64,000 nucleotides of DNA, taken from Epithemia pelagica (Eukaryota > Protista > Bacillariophyta). The notes beneath the pieces were generated by a model. It had not been told where the DNA came from and ran no database searches. It worked only from the letters and a program-made list of their open reading frames with translations. Shown here one piece after another: positions 63,348 through 64,000 of this stretch. The position numbers were made by a program, and so were the translations under genes. How positions within the stretch are numbered: position 1 is the stretch's first letter; each line of letters starts with the position of its first letter. The stretch lies in the NCBI GenBank assembly GCA_946965045.2, contig OX337241.1, positions 1,860,001-1,924,000 on the forward strand. Reading direction: 5' to 3'.

Positions 63348-64000
63348 CTCTCTATATAGCAGGAACGGTGCGTTTCCTCTCGTCCGCCGAGAAGTCAACA
63401 CACGGTGAATCATCGTGCCAGCATCATCGGGTACAGAAGAAATGACTGGAGTGAATGACGACGAGATATTCTTCATTCTACTGTTCCAACCTTGAATTGG
63501 ACTCTTCTCCTCCCGTACCTGCCGACCCGCAAGAACGACAGCAAGATGCATGCGAGTAGTACGAACCCACCAACCGCATCAACGACAATCGCCGTAGTAC
63601 TTGAAAAAGAATCAAAATCGTCATCACCCACAGATTGCTTTGGAACTGATGTTTTATCACCGTCAACATCGTCACCACCAACCACACAGGTGATAATATA
63701 TTGTCTCTGGTCAAGAACAGCTCCTCTGGACAGCCTGGAAGCCATCCGTCGAAACCCAGTTTGCTCGTTTCTCTATCCTCGTCCTACATACACTCATCTA
63801 GTAGCGACGAGTCACGCTATTTGTCTCCTCCACCATTCTCGGTCTTGCTTTGGTGTTCTTTTCTTGGTTTGCGTTTTACTGGAAACTGAAAAGTAGAGCT
63901 TTTGCGGTGATTTCGGTGGACGAGACAATCACTCTATGGTCACGGGTTGTGGTTTCATCGTTAAACAGTGCTGGAGAAAACGGATCTTGCTCCAGCAGAA

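Overview
Eukaryotic nuclear ribosomal DNA tandem array, most likely from a pennate diatom (inferred from 18S/5.8S motifs and a CoDi-type Copia element). Three 18S-ITS1-5.8S-ITS2-28S cistrons lie on the + strand (18S starts 890, 29542, 49755). The basic repeat is unusually long (20,213 bp, unit 2), with a ~14.6 kb spacer built from gene debris: a frameshifted TypA/BipA GTPase fragment, two decayed PPR gene copies, a kinase fragment, degenerate subrepeats and an (AAC)n tract of 64/50/75 units. Unit 1 is 8,439 bp longer, mainly because a complete, very young Ty1/Copia LTR retrotransposon (11237-19620, minus strand, 783-bp LTRs with one mismatch seen, TTTCA target-site duplication) has inserted into its spacer; units 2 and 3 show the empty site. 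The element has an extra 259-aa ORF upstream of gag, a non-TGG primer-binding site that reads as the complement of a tRNA-Asn(GUU) anticodon arm (half-tRNA priming), a chromodomain-like segment after integrase, and a single TGA at an expected Trp codon splitting gag-pol. An ATCCGGGT motif is clustered both downstream of every 28S and upstream of the element's gag. Most short ORFs in the supplied track are shadow frames over rRNA, microsatellite or pseudogene DNA. rRNA ends are approximate and all comparisons were made by eye.
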